Below, piece after piece: positions 1 to 7,456 of a DNA stretch of 32,000 nt; the first letter of the stretch is position 1; the number at the start of each line of letters is the position of its first letter. The stretch comes from Nostoc punctiforme PCC 73102 (GTDB taxonomy: Bacteria > Cyanobacteriota > Cyanobacteriia > Cyanobacteriales > Nostocaceae). The DNA lies in assembly GCF_000020025.1 (NCBI RefSeq), contig NC_010628.1, forward strand, positions 7,650,001-7,682,000, in the 5' to 3' direction. The notes under the pieces are model-generated. The model saw nothing but the letters and a program-made list of their open reading frames with translations. It was not told the DNA's origin and did no database searches. The position numbers and the translations under genes were made by a program.

Positions 1-1258
1 CCACGATAACTTTGAAGGTAGAGCTATAAGCATCGCTAGTAGCAAAGCCCACAAATACCATCAATTCTGCTACGAAACCGCTCATCCCTGGCAGTGCCAA
101 AGAAGCCATTGAACAAGTGGTGAACATGGCGAAAATCTTCGGCATTCTCTTCGCAACACCGCCCATTTCATCCAACATCAGGGTGTGTGTGCGATCGTAA
201 GTTGCGCCAACCAGGAAGAACAAACTCGCCCCAATTAATCCGTGGGAAACCATTTGTAACACTGCCCCACTCAATCCCAAATCGGTGAAGGAGGCAATAC
301 CAATCATCACAAAGCCCATGTGGGAAATTGAGGAGTAGGCAATTTTCCGCTTCAGGTTGCGCTGGGCAAAGGATGTCAAAGCAGCGTAGATGATATTAAC
401 TACCCCCAAAACCACCAACACTGGTGCAAAAAGAGCGTGAGCATCAGGGAGCATTTGGGCATTCATCCGAATTAAGGCGTAACCGCCCATTTTCAAGAGA
501 ATACCTGCTAATAACATGTGTACAGGGGCTGTCGCTTCACCGTGGGCATCAGGTAGCCAGGTGTGCAACGGAATAATCGGCAACTTGACGGCGTAGGCAA
601 TCAGGAAGCCAGCATAGACGGCAAGTTGGAAATTGAGGGCAAAGTCTTTTAAACCGAGCGATCGCATGTCAAACGTCACCGTATCGCCGTAAAATCCCAT
701 TGTCAGGGCAGACAGCAAAATAAACAGCGAACCGCCTGCGGTGTATAAAATAAATTTAGTCGCTGCATACTGCCGTCTTTTGCCTCCCCAAATCGACAGC
801 AGAAAGTAGATCGGTACTAGTTCCAGTTCCCACACCAGGAAAAATAACAGCATATCCTGGACAGCGAACACGGCAATCTGACCGCCATACATAGCCAAAA
901 TCAAGAAGTAAAATAGCTTCGGCTTGAAGGTGACAGGCCAAGCTGCTAATATCGCCAGCGTGGTAATGAATCCAGTCAAAATAATTAGGGGCATAGATAA
1001 GCCATCTGCCCCTACTGACCAATTCAAATCTAGTTGGGGTACCCAGGGGTAACTCTCCACCAACTGCAAATCTGGATTGGAGAAATCATACCTAGTATAA
1101 AAAGCATAAACAATTAGTGCAAAATCGATCAGCCCTACGATGAGGGAGTACCAGCGCACTGTTTTGCCTTCTTTATCCGGGATGATGGGAATCAGTAGTG
1201 AAGCGGCTATCGGCAACAGAATAATCGTCGTCAGCCACGGAAAATTAGCTGTATTCAT
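1..1258 (-). CDS. ndhD: NAD(P)H-quinone oxidoreductase subunit 4 (NDH-1 NdhD1-type). N-terminal 419 codons; the C-terminus runs off the window.
   Basis: Absent from the ORF track because it is open at the window edge. My reverse-complement translation from the ATG at 1258 reads [39 protein letters not shown]... and is still open at position 1 (...[19 protein letters not shown]). This is a typical NdhD/NuoM-family sequence. Confidence 0.9.
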   Translation of the reverse strand, partial: MNTANFPWLTTIILLPIAASLLIPIIPDKEGKTVRWYSLIVGLIDFALIVYAFYTRYDFSNPDLQLVESYPWVPQLDLNWSVGADGLSMPLIILTGFITTLAILAAWPVTFKPKLFYFLILAMYGGQIAVFAVQDMLLFFLVWELELVPIYFLLSIWGGKRRQYAATKFILYTAGGSLFILLSALTMGFYGDTVTFDMRSLGLKDFALNFQLAVYAGFLIAYAVKLPIIPLHTWLPDAHGEATAPVHMLLAGILLKMGGYALIRMNAQMLPDAHALFAPVLVVLGVVNIIYAALTSFAQRNLKRKIAYSSISHMGFVMIGIASFTDLGLSGAVLQMVSHGLIGASLFFLVGATYDRTHTLMLDEMGGVAKRMPKIFAMFTTCSMASLALPGMSGFVAELMVFVGFATSDAYSSTFKVIV

Positions 1259-1520
1259 CACAATTCGTCTGCTATCAAAATCATGTTTGGCAAAAAGTCA
1301 CTAGTTATTAAGTAACAGCTTTTTGAGGATTTCGTCTTCCTCGTTAGGTTGATTTAATTAAATTAGCAATCCCCTATTTTTTCTCTTGAGAGTCTTTTTT
1401 GATATTTGCGGATGCGGGATGTGCGTTGTGATACTCCCAGTCAAGTCAAAAATTTACCCTAAAAAGGTTGGTAAAATTATAGTTTAGGGGTGCGATGTCT
1501 ACGACAAGCCGCTGACGCTC

Positions 1521-1560
1521 CTTCTCTGCAAGACGCTGCGCGAACGTCGCTACCGCTTCG
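1521..1560. repeat. Dispersed short repeat (CTTCTCT-N3-AGACGCT-N-CGCGAACG core); second copy at 9624-9660
   Basis: A hand alignment of 1521-1546 with 9624-9649 gives 23 of 26 identical bases. This copy also contains AGACGC...GCGTCT inverted segments. Confidence 0.55.
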
Positions 1561-1795
1561 CTAATGCGTCTACGCGTAGTCCAACCCATCGCTAAAAATA
1601 CACGATGCTGTTTGGTGGTTGTTGAAAAAAGCGATTTTGTGCAAAAAAAGCATAGCACGAGGAATAACCATAATGATAATCGCACAAATTGAAAGCCATT
1701 TTCCCGGCTTGAAAGCTTTGGGACTAGAGTAAACAATTTGATTGAGTTTTTTTTAGTAAAATAGACAGGGAAAGTTGATAAAGGAAACTCGAATT

Positions 1796-2026
1796 ATGTC
1801 ATCTCCAGCGATCGCTACTGTAATTAAGATGATGGAATCTTTATCTGAAGATGTGCAAGAAAGAGTTGCAGAACATCTCCGAGAGTACCTGGAAGATTTG
1901 CAAGATGAATTGAAATGGAGTAAATCATTTAAGAAAACTCAACAACAACTCATTGCATCTGCCCAATCCGCTAAAAGAGAAATTGCAAAAGGACTTGCAA
2001 AACCAATGAACTATGAAAATTTATGA
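1796..2026 (+). CDS. Small helical protein resembling a type II antitoxin (76 aa from the ATG at 1796; the ORF track starts at TTG 1775)
   Basis: AAGGAA lies upstream of ATG 1796. The sequence ...LSEDVQERVAEHLREYLEDLQDELKWSKSFKKTQQQLIASAQSAKREIAKGLAKPMNYENL matches the pattern I associate with cyanobacterial antitoxins partnered with RelE/ParE toxins. Its stop overlaps a downstream ATG as ATGA. Confidence 0.5.
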   Translation: MSSPAIATVIKMMESLSEDVQERVAEHLREYLEDLQDELKWSKSFKKTQQQLIASAQSAKREIAKGLAKPMNYENL

Positions 2027-2058
2027 AGTCTGCAACCCTTCCTTATTTTTGGAATTAA
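2023..2058 (+). pseudogene. 11-codon stub (MKSATLPYFWN*) in the position of a cognate toxin gene; probable truncated toxin remnant
   Basis: ATG 2023 overlaps the TGA of the upstream gene (ATGA), the usual toxin-antitoxin coupling. The frame stops at 2056-2058, exactly where the AT-rich block begins. Confidence 0.3.
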
Positions 2059-2094
2059 GATTATATTATTAATTTTTTGATATTAACTGAAAAA

Positions 2095-4092
2095 ATGGAT
2101 TTTACTTTATCAAATGCGCCTGAATATGCGATCAAAAATATTGAGAGTTTACAACAAATATGGTTGGAAAGATGCGGTGCTATTGAAAACAACCAAAAAG
2201 GATCCTATAGTCGCCATTTATTATTAATTTTACACGATTTGCGTGAAGAGATACAGAATAATAAAAATAGATTTTCTCAAAATGCTTACGGAAAAAAGTT
2301 CTTTAAAATTCAATTTTCTACTTACTGTAGTTTTAAAAAAGAACAACTTGATGATCTAGACAGAATTAGACAAATCTGGACAAGAGAAGTAGATCGAGAA
2401 CTATATTTCATTACTGAAGCTTTATCCGACAATAAAAGTAAATTTGAATTAGAGGATATTTTAATATTAATTCAACGTATAGAAGAAAAAATAACGTCAG
2501 AAAATAGCTTGAGGCAAGTTATTAATATTTTATACCAAAAACTACTTGAAAAAGACTTAAATTCTAATCAGATAGAATTTATTGTAGATATAATAATTAT
2601 ATTATTTAATTCTAAGGGAATGTTGGAGTTAGAATCAATACTAAATCATCAATTTCAAAAATTTGAAGATATAGGAACAGATCCTGAGCAAGTCCATTTA
2701 TACCCTACCCTATTTGGCTCACCATCAAGAGATGCAAAATCAGTTGATGAACATAAGGAAGAACTTAGAACATATTATGATTCTTCAAGTATTAAACAGA
2801 GACTTAACTTTTTAAGAGAAATTTATTGTCTAGAGCCTCAAACTTATAAAGTTATTTTCAAGATAACAGGTGTGGAATTCAAAAACAAAATTAATATAGG
2901 CAAAGTTGAACTATATCGTCCTAAAATAGATGGAAAATACATTAAAAAAAATGAGATTATAAGCATAACTGTTGAAGATAAGTCAGATTACTGTGTTGCA
3001 GTGGATATCCGAGGTGTAGATAGTAAATTCATGAAAATTAAAGCCCAACAAATGGCTGAAAGAACAATAGCTGTTCTCTCAACACGAAAGAGGAAAGACC
3101 AGGCTATTATTTTATCAAGTGATTGGGTTATTTGTAATTCTCAAGGAGAAATTCGAGCTTTTAGCTTTAAAGGCAGGAATAAGCCAGACACTATTAGACA
3201 TAACTCTATTGACTCGCAAAATAATCACCAAAGGCTTGGTCAGTGGATATCTTCTGAAGATATATGTCATCCAACTGTAGCAAAATGGCTTGCTTCTACC
3301 GACTGGTATAGACGAGCAACTGAAGCTTCACAAAGCACTGAAGAAATATTAAATTCCTGGTTTGCTGTAGAAAAGTTTTCTGAAGATTCTAAAATAATTT
3401 CTAAAAAACTTCCTGAACTATCAGATGCTCTTAAGAATAAAAAGAAGATTCTTAAAGAAAATATAGATTTATGGCTTGATGGTGAAGGTATTAGAACAGT
3501 ACAGTTACTTCTTACTTTGAGTGAATTAAAATTTAATTTATATCATGAAGTAAGACAAGTTGGACGTATTTTTACGACACCTCTAACATTTCCTGAAATG
3601 GATATATCTAAGTCTATAGACCAGGATTTGCAAGACTATTTATCTGCTAATAAAGATAAAATAGATTTTTTAGAAAAATTTATAGAAAAAACTCCTGAAA
3701 TAAAGAAACAATTAGATTCTAAAAACATAGTGTTGCCAGATTTAAATAAAGTCAATGAAATTTTTTATAATAATGATTATTGTGAAAAATACTTGGTTGA
3801 TAAAATTATTGACCTCAAAGATGATGTTTATAACATCTATCGTATTCGCAATATGCTAGTTCATTCTAGTAGTACTACTAGTAAACTATTAGATTATTAT
3901 GCAAAACGTAGCCGAGAGTATTGTCACTCTTTGTTAGATGCCATTGCATATAAAATATATCAGACTTCTAACGATGATGAAATTATGCCTTTGGAGTTTT
4001 ATTTTAGAGAAATGGTAATTGATGCAAATATTGCTTTAGAGGCGGTAAAAGAAAATCAAATGGACAACTTTAGGAATTGGGCTTTATCGTAA
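2095..4092 (+). CDS. Large protein of unknown family with a C-terminal HEPN-like RNxxxH motif (665 aa from ATG 2095; the track starts at TTG 2077)
   Basis: This is a long uninterrupted ORF in very AT-rich DNA. Its C-terminal segment DDVYNIYRIRNMLVHSSSTTSKLLDYY contains R-N-M-L-V-H (nt 3847-3864). The rest is not recognisable to me. Confidence 0.7.
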   Translation: MDFTLSNAPEYAIKNIESLQQIWLERCGAIENNQKGSYSRHLLLILHDLREEIQNNKNRFSQNAYGKKFFKIQFSTYCSFKKEQLDDLDRIRQIWTREVDRELYFITEALSDNKSKFELEDILILIQRIEEKITSENSLRQVINILYQKLLEKDLNSNQIEFIVDIIIILFNSKGMLELESILNHQFQKFEDIGTDPEQVHLYPTLFGSPSRDAKSVDEHKEELRTYYDSSSIKQRLNFLREIYCLEPQTYKVIFKITGVEFKNKINIGKVELYRPKIDGKYIKKNEIISITVEDKSDYCVAVDIRGVDSKFMKIKAQQMAERTIAVLSTRKRKDQAIILSSDWVICNSQGEIRAFSFKGRNKPDTIRHNSIDSQNNHQRLGQWISSEDICHPTVAKWLASTDWYRRATEASQSTEEILNSWFAVEKFSEDSKIISKKLPELSDALKNKKKILKENIDLWLDGEGIRTVQLLLTLSELKFNLYHEVRQVGRIFTTPLTFPEMDISKSIDQDLQDYLSANKDKIDFLEKFIEKTPEIKKQLDSKNIVLPDLNKVNEIFYNNDYCEKYLVDKIIDLKDDVYNIYRIRNMLVHSSSTTSKLLDYYAKRSREYCHSLLDAIAYKIYQTSNDDEIMPLEFYFREMVIDANIALEAVKENQMDNFRNWALS

Positions 4093-4285
4093 ATAATTTT
4101 AATACCTACTTTTCCGGCAAATTATACTTTTTGAATAATATATTGACCATCACTGATAGATTGATTAGGTGTCTATATGGTAGATATAATAAATATTTTC
4201 ATACCTTATATAGCAATTTTAGAGCAAATAAATTTATATAGCTTGTATTAAAAAATATTGTCATATTTTCAGAGCAAACTTTCAA

Positions 4286-4309
4286 CTCCTCTCTGTGCCT
4301 CTGCATGAG
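4286..4309. repeat. Single copy of the TCTCTG-N3-YCTCTGC short dispersed repeat
   Basis: ctcctctctgtgcctctgcatgag shares the TCTCTG-N3-CTCTGC core with both arms of the inverted pair at 28617-28690. Confidence 0.5.
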
Positions 4310-4324
4310 ATAAAAAATAATGTA

Positions 4325-4346
4325 GGGGCGGACATTTGTCCACCCC
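4325..4346 (-). terminator. Rho-independent terminator of ndhF
   Basis: On the minus strand, GGGGTGGACA-AA-TGTCCGCCCC is followed by TACATTATTTTTTATC, 9 nt after the ndhF stop. Confidence 0.8.
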
Positions 4347-4354
4347 GATTAAAA

Positions 4355-6460
4355 TCAGGTAACACCAAAAACAATCACTAAGCCCAAAACCGCCCCAAAC
4401 ACAATCAAGGCATAGAATTGAGCGCGACCGTTTTCTAGGTACTTCAGACCTTCACCGCTAACAAGGGTGAAAAAGCCTGTGAGGTTAACAGCGCCATCAA
4501 CAACGCGGAAGTCAACTTCCATAACTTGTCTAGCTACGCGACGCAAGCCGAGGACAAAAACCCGATGGTAAATTTCATCAAAGTACCACTTGTTGAGGGA
4601 TAACTCGTAAAGTGGTTGGATTTTAGCAGCGATCGCAGCCGGATCAATTTTACGGCGCAAATACATCAGCGAAGCCAGGGTAATCGCAATTAAAGAAATT
4701 CCGACTGAAGCACCCGCCATGATGTAGAATTCCGTCGGATTGAACTCGGCAGCCTTTTCTATAACTTCGGAGAGAGTTTCGCTAGGAGGAAAGATAAACT
4801 CTTCAAAATAATTGGCGTAGGGAGTTCCCACCAAACCAATCAAAATCGAAGGCACAGCCAACAGTGCCAACGGCAGCGTCATTGTCCACGGCGATTCGTG
4901 GGGGGAGTCGCTGTGATGCCCGTGGGAGTCATGGGAATCATGATGCTGACTAGTTGCCGCCAATTCTCCTTTCTTCATCGCCCCAGGCCCAAAATTTGGG
5001 ACTGGTTCTTCTGACTCTAATTCCAGGACAATTGTCGCCGCAGCTTTCTTGAGTTTTTCCTTGATTTTCTCGTCAGTACCCCGGAATTTGCCTTCAAATG
5101 TCATGAAATACATTCTGAACATGTAGAAAGCAGTAATACCGGCAGTTAGCCAGCCAATCATCCAGAGAAGTGGGTTAGCCTCAAAAGCTTTCCCTAAAAT
5201 TTCATCTTTTGACCAGAAACCAGCAAAAGGTGGAATACCAGAAATTGCCAAGCAACCAATTAAGAAGGTAGTTGCTGTGACGGGCATGTATTTCCGTAGT
5301 CCACCCATCAAGCGCATATCTTGCGCTAAGGCGGGGTCGTGTCCAACGACACCTTCCATACCGTGAATTACGGAACCTGAACCCAAGAACAGCATCGCCT
5401 TAAAATAGGCGTGGGTCATTAGGTGGAATAGTCCAGCACTGTAGGAACCTATTCCCATTGCCATCACCATGTAACCGAGTTGGGAAATGGTGGAGTAAGC
5501 CAAGCCCTTTTTGATGTCGTTTTGGGTAATGGCAATGCTAGCCCCCAAAAACGCCGTAAACGCCCCAGTAAAGGCAATGACATTCATTGCGGCTGGAACG
5601 TCTTCAAATACTGGGTACATCCGGGCAATCAGGAAAACACCCGCCGCCACCATTGTTGCCGCGTGAATCAAGGCAGAAATGGGGGTGGGGCCTTCCATCG
5701 CATCTGGTAGCCAGACGTGGAGGGGGAATTGGGCTGATTTTGCTACTGGACCTAAGAAAACTAAAATCGCAAACAGGACAGCGAGAAAATTGCTGATCGA
5801 ACCTGATTCGACAAGTTGGGCGAGGCGATCGCCCATGATATTAAAATCAAAGCTTCCTGTTGCCCAGAACAGCCCCAAAATGCCGAGTAATAGACCAAAG
5901 TCGCCCACGCGGTTGGTCACAAACGCTTTTTGAGCGGCATCTGCTGCTGACTTGCGATCGTACCAAAAACCGACCAGCAAGTAGGAACACATCCCGACCA
6001 GTTCCCAGAATATGTAAATCTGTACTAGGTTGGGGCTGACCACCAGACCTAACATTGAAGAGCCAAATAAACTGAGATAGGCGTAAAATCTTACGTAACC
6101 GGGATCGTGAGCCATGTAGCCGTCGGTGTAAACCATGACTAAGCAGGCTACCGTTGTGACAATCACCAGCATTAGGGCTGTCAGGTGGTCAATAGTGTAG
6201 CCCATGCTCAGGTGAAAATTACCTGCTGCCGCCCACTCAAAGGTGCGAAGATAAGATGCATGTCCTTGAATTTGACTCCAGAGCAAGGCAAACGACATCC
6301 CCATAGCTGCTGCCATCATGGAGATAATCACCACAGCATTAAGCTGGCGCAGGCGGTTTGTCACCTGATTCAACGAGATTAACCCTAGACCGACCAGCAT
6401 TGCCCCGAGAAGAGGGAACACCGGAATCAGCCAGGCATACTGATAGATTACTTCCATCAC
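4355..6460 (-). CDS. ndhF: NAD(P)H-quinone oxidoreductase subunit 5 (NDH-1 NdhF1-type), 701 aa
   Basis: The translation has the NuoL/NdhF hallmarks (...WELVGMCSYLLVGFWY..., ...LPDAMEGPTPISALIHAATMVAAGVFL...). Its length and long C-terminal region fit NdhF1 rather than the shorter NdhF3/F4. Confidence 0.93.
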   Translation of the reverse strand: MMEVIYQYAWLIPVFPLLGAMLVGLGLISLNQVTNRLRQLNAVVIISMMAAAMGMSFALLWSQIQGHASYLRTFEWAAAGNFHLSMGYTIDHLTALMLVIVTTVACLVMVYTDGYMAHDPGYVRFYAYLSLFGSSMLGLVVSPNLVQIYIFWELVGMCSYLLVGFWYDRKSAADAAQKAFVTNRVGDFGLLLGILGLFWATGSFDFNIMGDRLAQLVESGSISNFLAVLFAILVFLGPVAKSAQFPLHVWLPDAMEGPTPISALIHAATMVAAGVFLIARMYPVFEDVPAAMNVIAFTGAFTAFLGASIAITQNDIKKGLAYSTISQLGYMVMAMGIGSYSAGLFHLMTHAYFKAMLFLGSGSVIHGMEGVVGHDPALAQDMRLMGGLRKYMPVTATTFLIGCLAISGIPPFAGFWSKDEILGKAFEANPLLWMIGWLTAGITAFYMFRMYFMTFEGKFRGTDEKIKEKLKKAAATIVLELESEEPVPNFGPGAMKKGELAATSQHHDSHDSHGHHSDSPHESPWTMTLPLALLAVPSILIGLVGTPYANYFEEFIFPPSETLSEVIEKAAEFNPTEFYIMAGASVGISLIAITLASLMYLRRKIDPAAIAAKIQPLYELSLNKWYFDEIYHRVFVLGLRRVARQVMEVDFRVVDGAVNLTGFFTLVSGEGLKYLENGRAQFYALIVFGAVLGLVIVFGVT

Positions 6461-6540
6461 TGACGCCTACTTTTAGAATTCTTGATTTAGCGTGTCGAAA
6501 CTGTTAATAATTGTGACACACACCCTTTAGGATAAAATAA

Positions 6541-6565
6541 CCCACCCAAGACTGATTGGGTGGGG
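6541..6565 (-). terminator. Rho-independent terminator downstream of trxC
   Basis: On the minus strand, CCCCACCCAA-TCAGTC-TTGGGTGGG is followed by TTATTTTATCC. Confidence 0.7.
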
Positions 6566-6585
6566 TGTTAAGCATGGTTTTATAT

Positions 6586-6613
6586 TTGGTCATTAGTCAT
6601 TAGTCATTAGTCC
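6586..6613. repeat. STRR2-type tandem heptamers (TTGGTCA TTAGTCA TTAGTCA TTAGTCC)
   Basis: Four contiguous 7-nt units read directly. They match the TT(G/T)GTCA STRR2 class described for Anabaena/Nostoc/Calothrix. Confidence 0.85.
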
Positions 6614-6655
6614 CATACCCAATGACCTATGCTCCATGCCCAATATCAATATTGA

Positions 6656-7042
6656 TTAAGCTGACCGACACTCTAAGTCCACTGTTTTTGGAGTATTGTA
6701 GATTTTCGCGTAATTGCTGTAGCTGGCTTTAATGTCTTCTAAAGCTAGACGTAAATCTTCTCTGCCGCGAAAGCCTTCCAAGCGATGGCGAACAGTGCCA
6801 TTTTGAATCAGTAGTAAAGTTGGCAGTGACTTTAGCCTATAAGTAGTAGACAATTTAAAATTTTGATCGGCGTTAACTCCAACTAATTTAATTTCGTCCC
6901 CACATTGGGCTTGAAATTGCAACAACAGTGGGTGGATAATCCGACACAAGCCACACCAAGGTGCTTCAAAGTTAACTAAAACAGGAATAGGTGATTCTAA
7001 AACTTCTTGAGTAAATGTCCGTTCACTAACCGACAACACCAT
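6656..7042 (-). CDS. trxC: Thioredoxin with an atypical WCGLC active site (TrxC-type)
   Basis: 128 aa with a thioredoxin-fold sequence. The active site reads FEAPWCGLCR instead of WCGPC, which is the signature of cyanobacterial TrxC. Confidence 0.85.
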   Translation of the reverse strand: MVLSVSERTFTQEVLESPIPVLVNFEAPWCGLCRIIHPLLLQFQAQCGDEIKLVGVNADQNFKLSTTYRLKSLPTLLLIQNGTVRHRLEGFRGREDLRLALEDIKASYSNYAKIYNTPKTVDLECRSA

Positions 7043-7205
7043 GACGCCTCTTGGATTATAAGGTTTTTATATCAAACTACCTATCAGTAATGAAGTGAAG
7101 GATTGGTAAGTCAGTAACTGCCGATAGATGCTTTCAGAAACCAAATCTCAGGACACAGAATAATTGGGCAAAAATTCAGCGTGTTGATGTGTCTCTGATG
7201 TAAAA

Positions 7206-7230
7206 AGCCACTGCGACTCTCACTGTGGCT
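7206..7230 (-). terminator. Hairpin flanked by A-run and T-run (potentially bidirectional), 227 nt downstream of the NnrU-family gene
   Basis: AAAAAGCCAC-tgcgactctcact-GTGGCTTTTT: a 6-bp GC-rich stem with U-runs on both strands. Confidence 0.6.
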
Positions 7231-7456
7231 TTTTCGGATGTTAGACTCCTGATTGCTTTGGCCGCCTGGGATTTGACTGAATCTGCCACTGACTCCCAAG
7301 GAAAGACAACGGGCCTTCAACTACCAATATAAAATCTTAAGCTGACTAAACGCACCCCCACTGATAGATGTTTGAATTTATCCTACATTGATTCGGGGCA
7401 ATTGATAAGCGGAAATTTCAATCTATTTAGGATTTTCTGCTGACACTGGGGATCGC

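Noticed and set aside
756-1022. 88-aa minus-strand ORF from the track
   Set aside because: It lies entirely inside the ndhD coding region in another frame, and ndhD fully explains the sequence.
1446-1736. 96-aa minus-strand ORF upstream of ndhD
   Set aside because: It is largely made of the dispersed-repeat sequence (the RRRISEAVATFAQRLAEKERQR part). I saw no SD-like motif or recognisable domain, so it is probably a non-coding 5' region.
2212-2235. A possible second HEPN motif (RHLLLILH, R-x6-H) near the N-terminus of the 665-aa protein, which would suggest a Cas13-like dual-HEPN effector
   Set aside because: The match is weak, sitting at the loose end of Rx4-6H in a Leu-rich helix. No CRISPR array or cas genes occur anywhere in the window, and the protein is shorter than the Cas13 variants I know of. 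I kept only the single C-terminal motif.
1259-4354. The island considered as a classical mobile element (IS, transposon or integrative element)
   Set aside because: I found no transposase or integrase gene, no terminal inverted repeats, no flanking direct repeats and no tRNA target. Only compositional evidence supports foreign origin, so I did not annotate it as a mobile_element.
5480-6382. Four plus-strand ORFs (65-84 aa) antisense to ndhF
   Set aside because: They overlap a confidently identified gene, and their Arg/Gly/Pro-rich translations are typical of antisense frames.
6586-6613. The heptamer arrays here and at 18091-18118 considered as possible CRISPR or minisatellite loci
   Set aside because: The units are 7 nt and contiguous with no spacers. 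They fit cyanobacterial STRR-type repeats rather than CRISPR.
7111-7320. 69-aa minus-strand ORF in the trxC/NnrU spacer
   Set aside because: It spans the terminator hairpin at 7206-7230 and shows no SD motif or domain.
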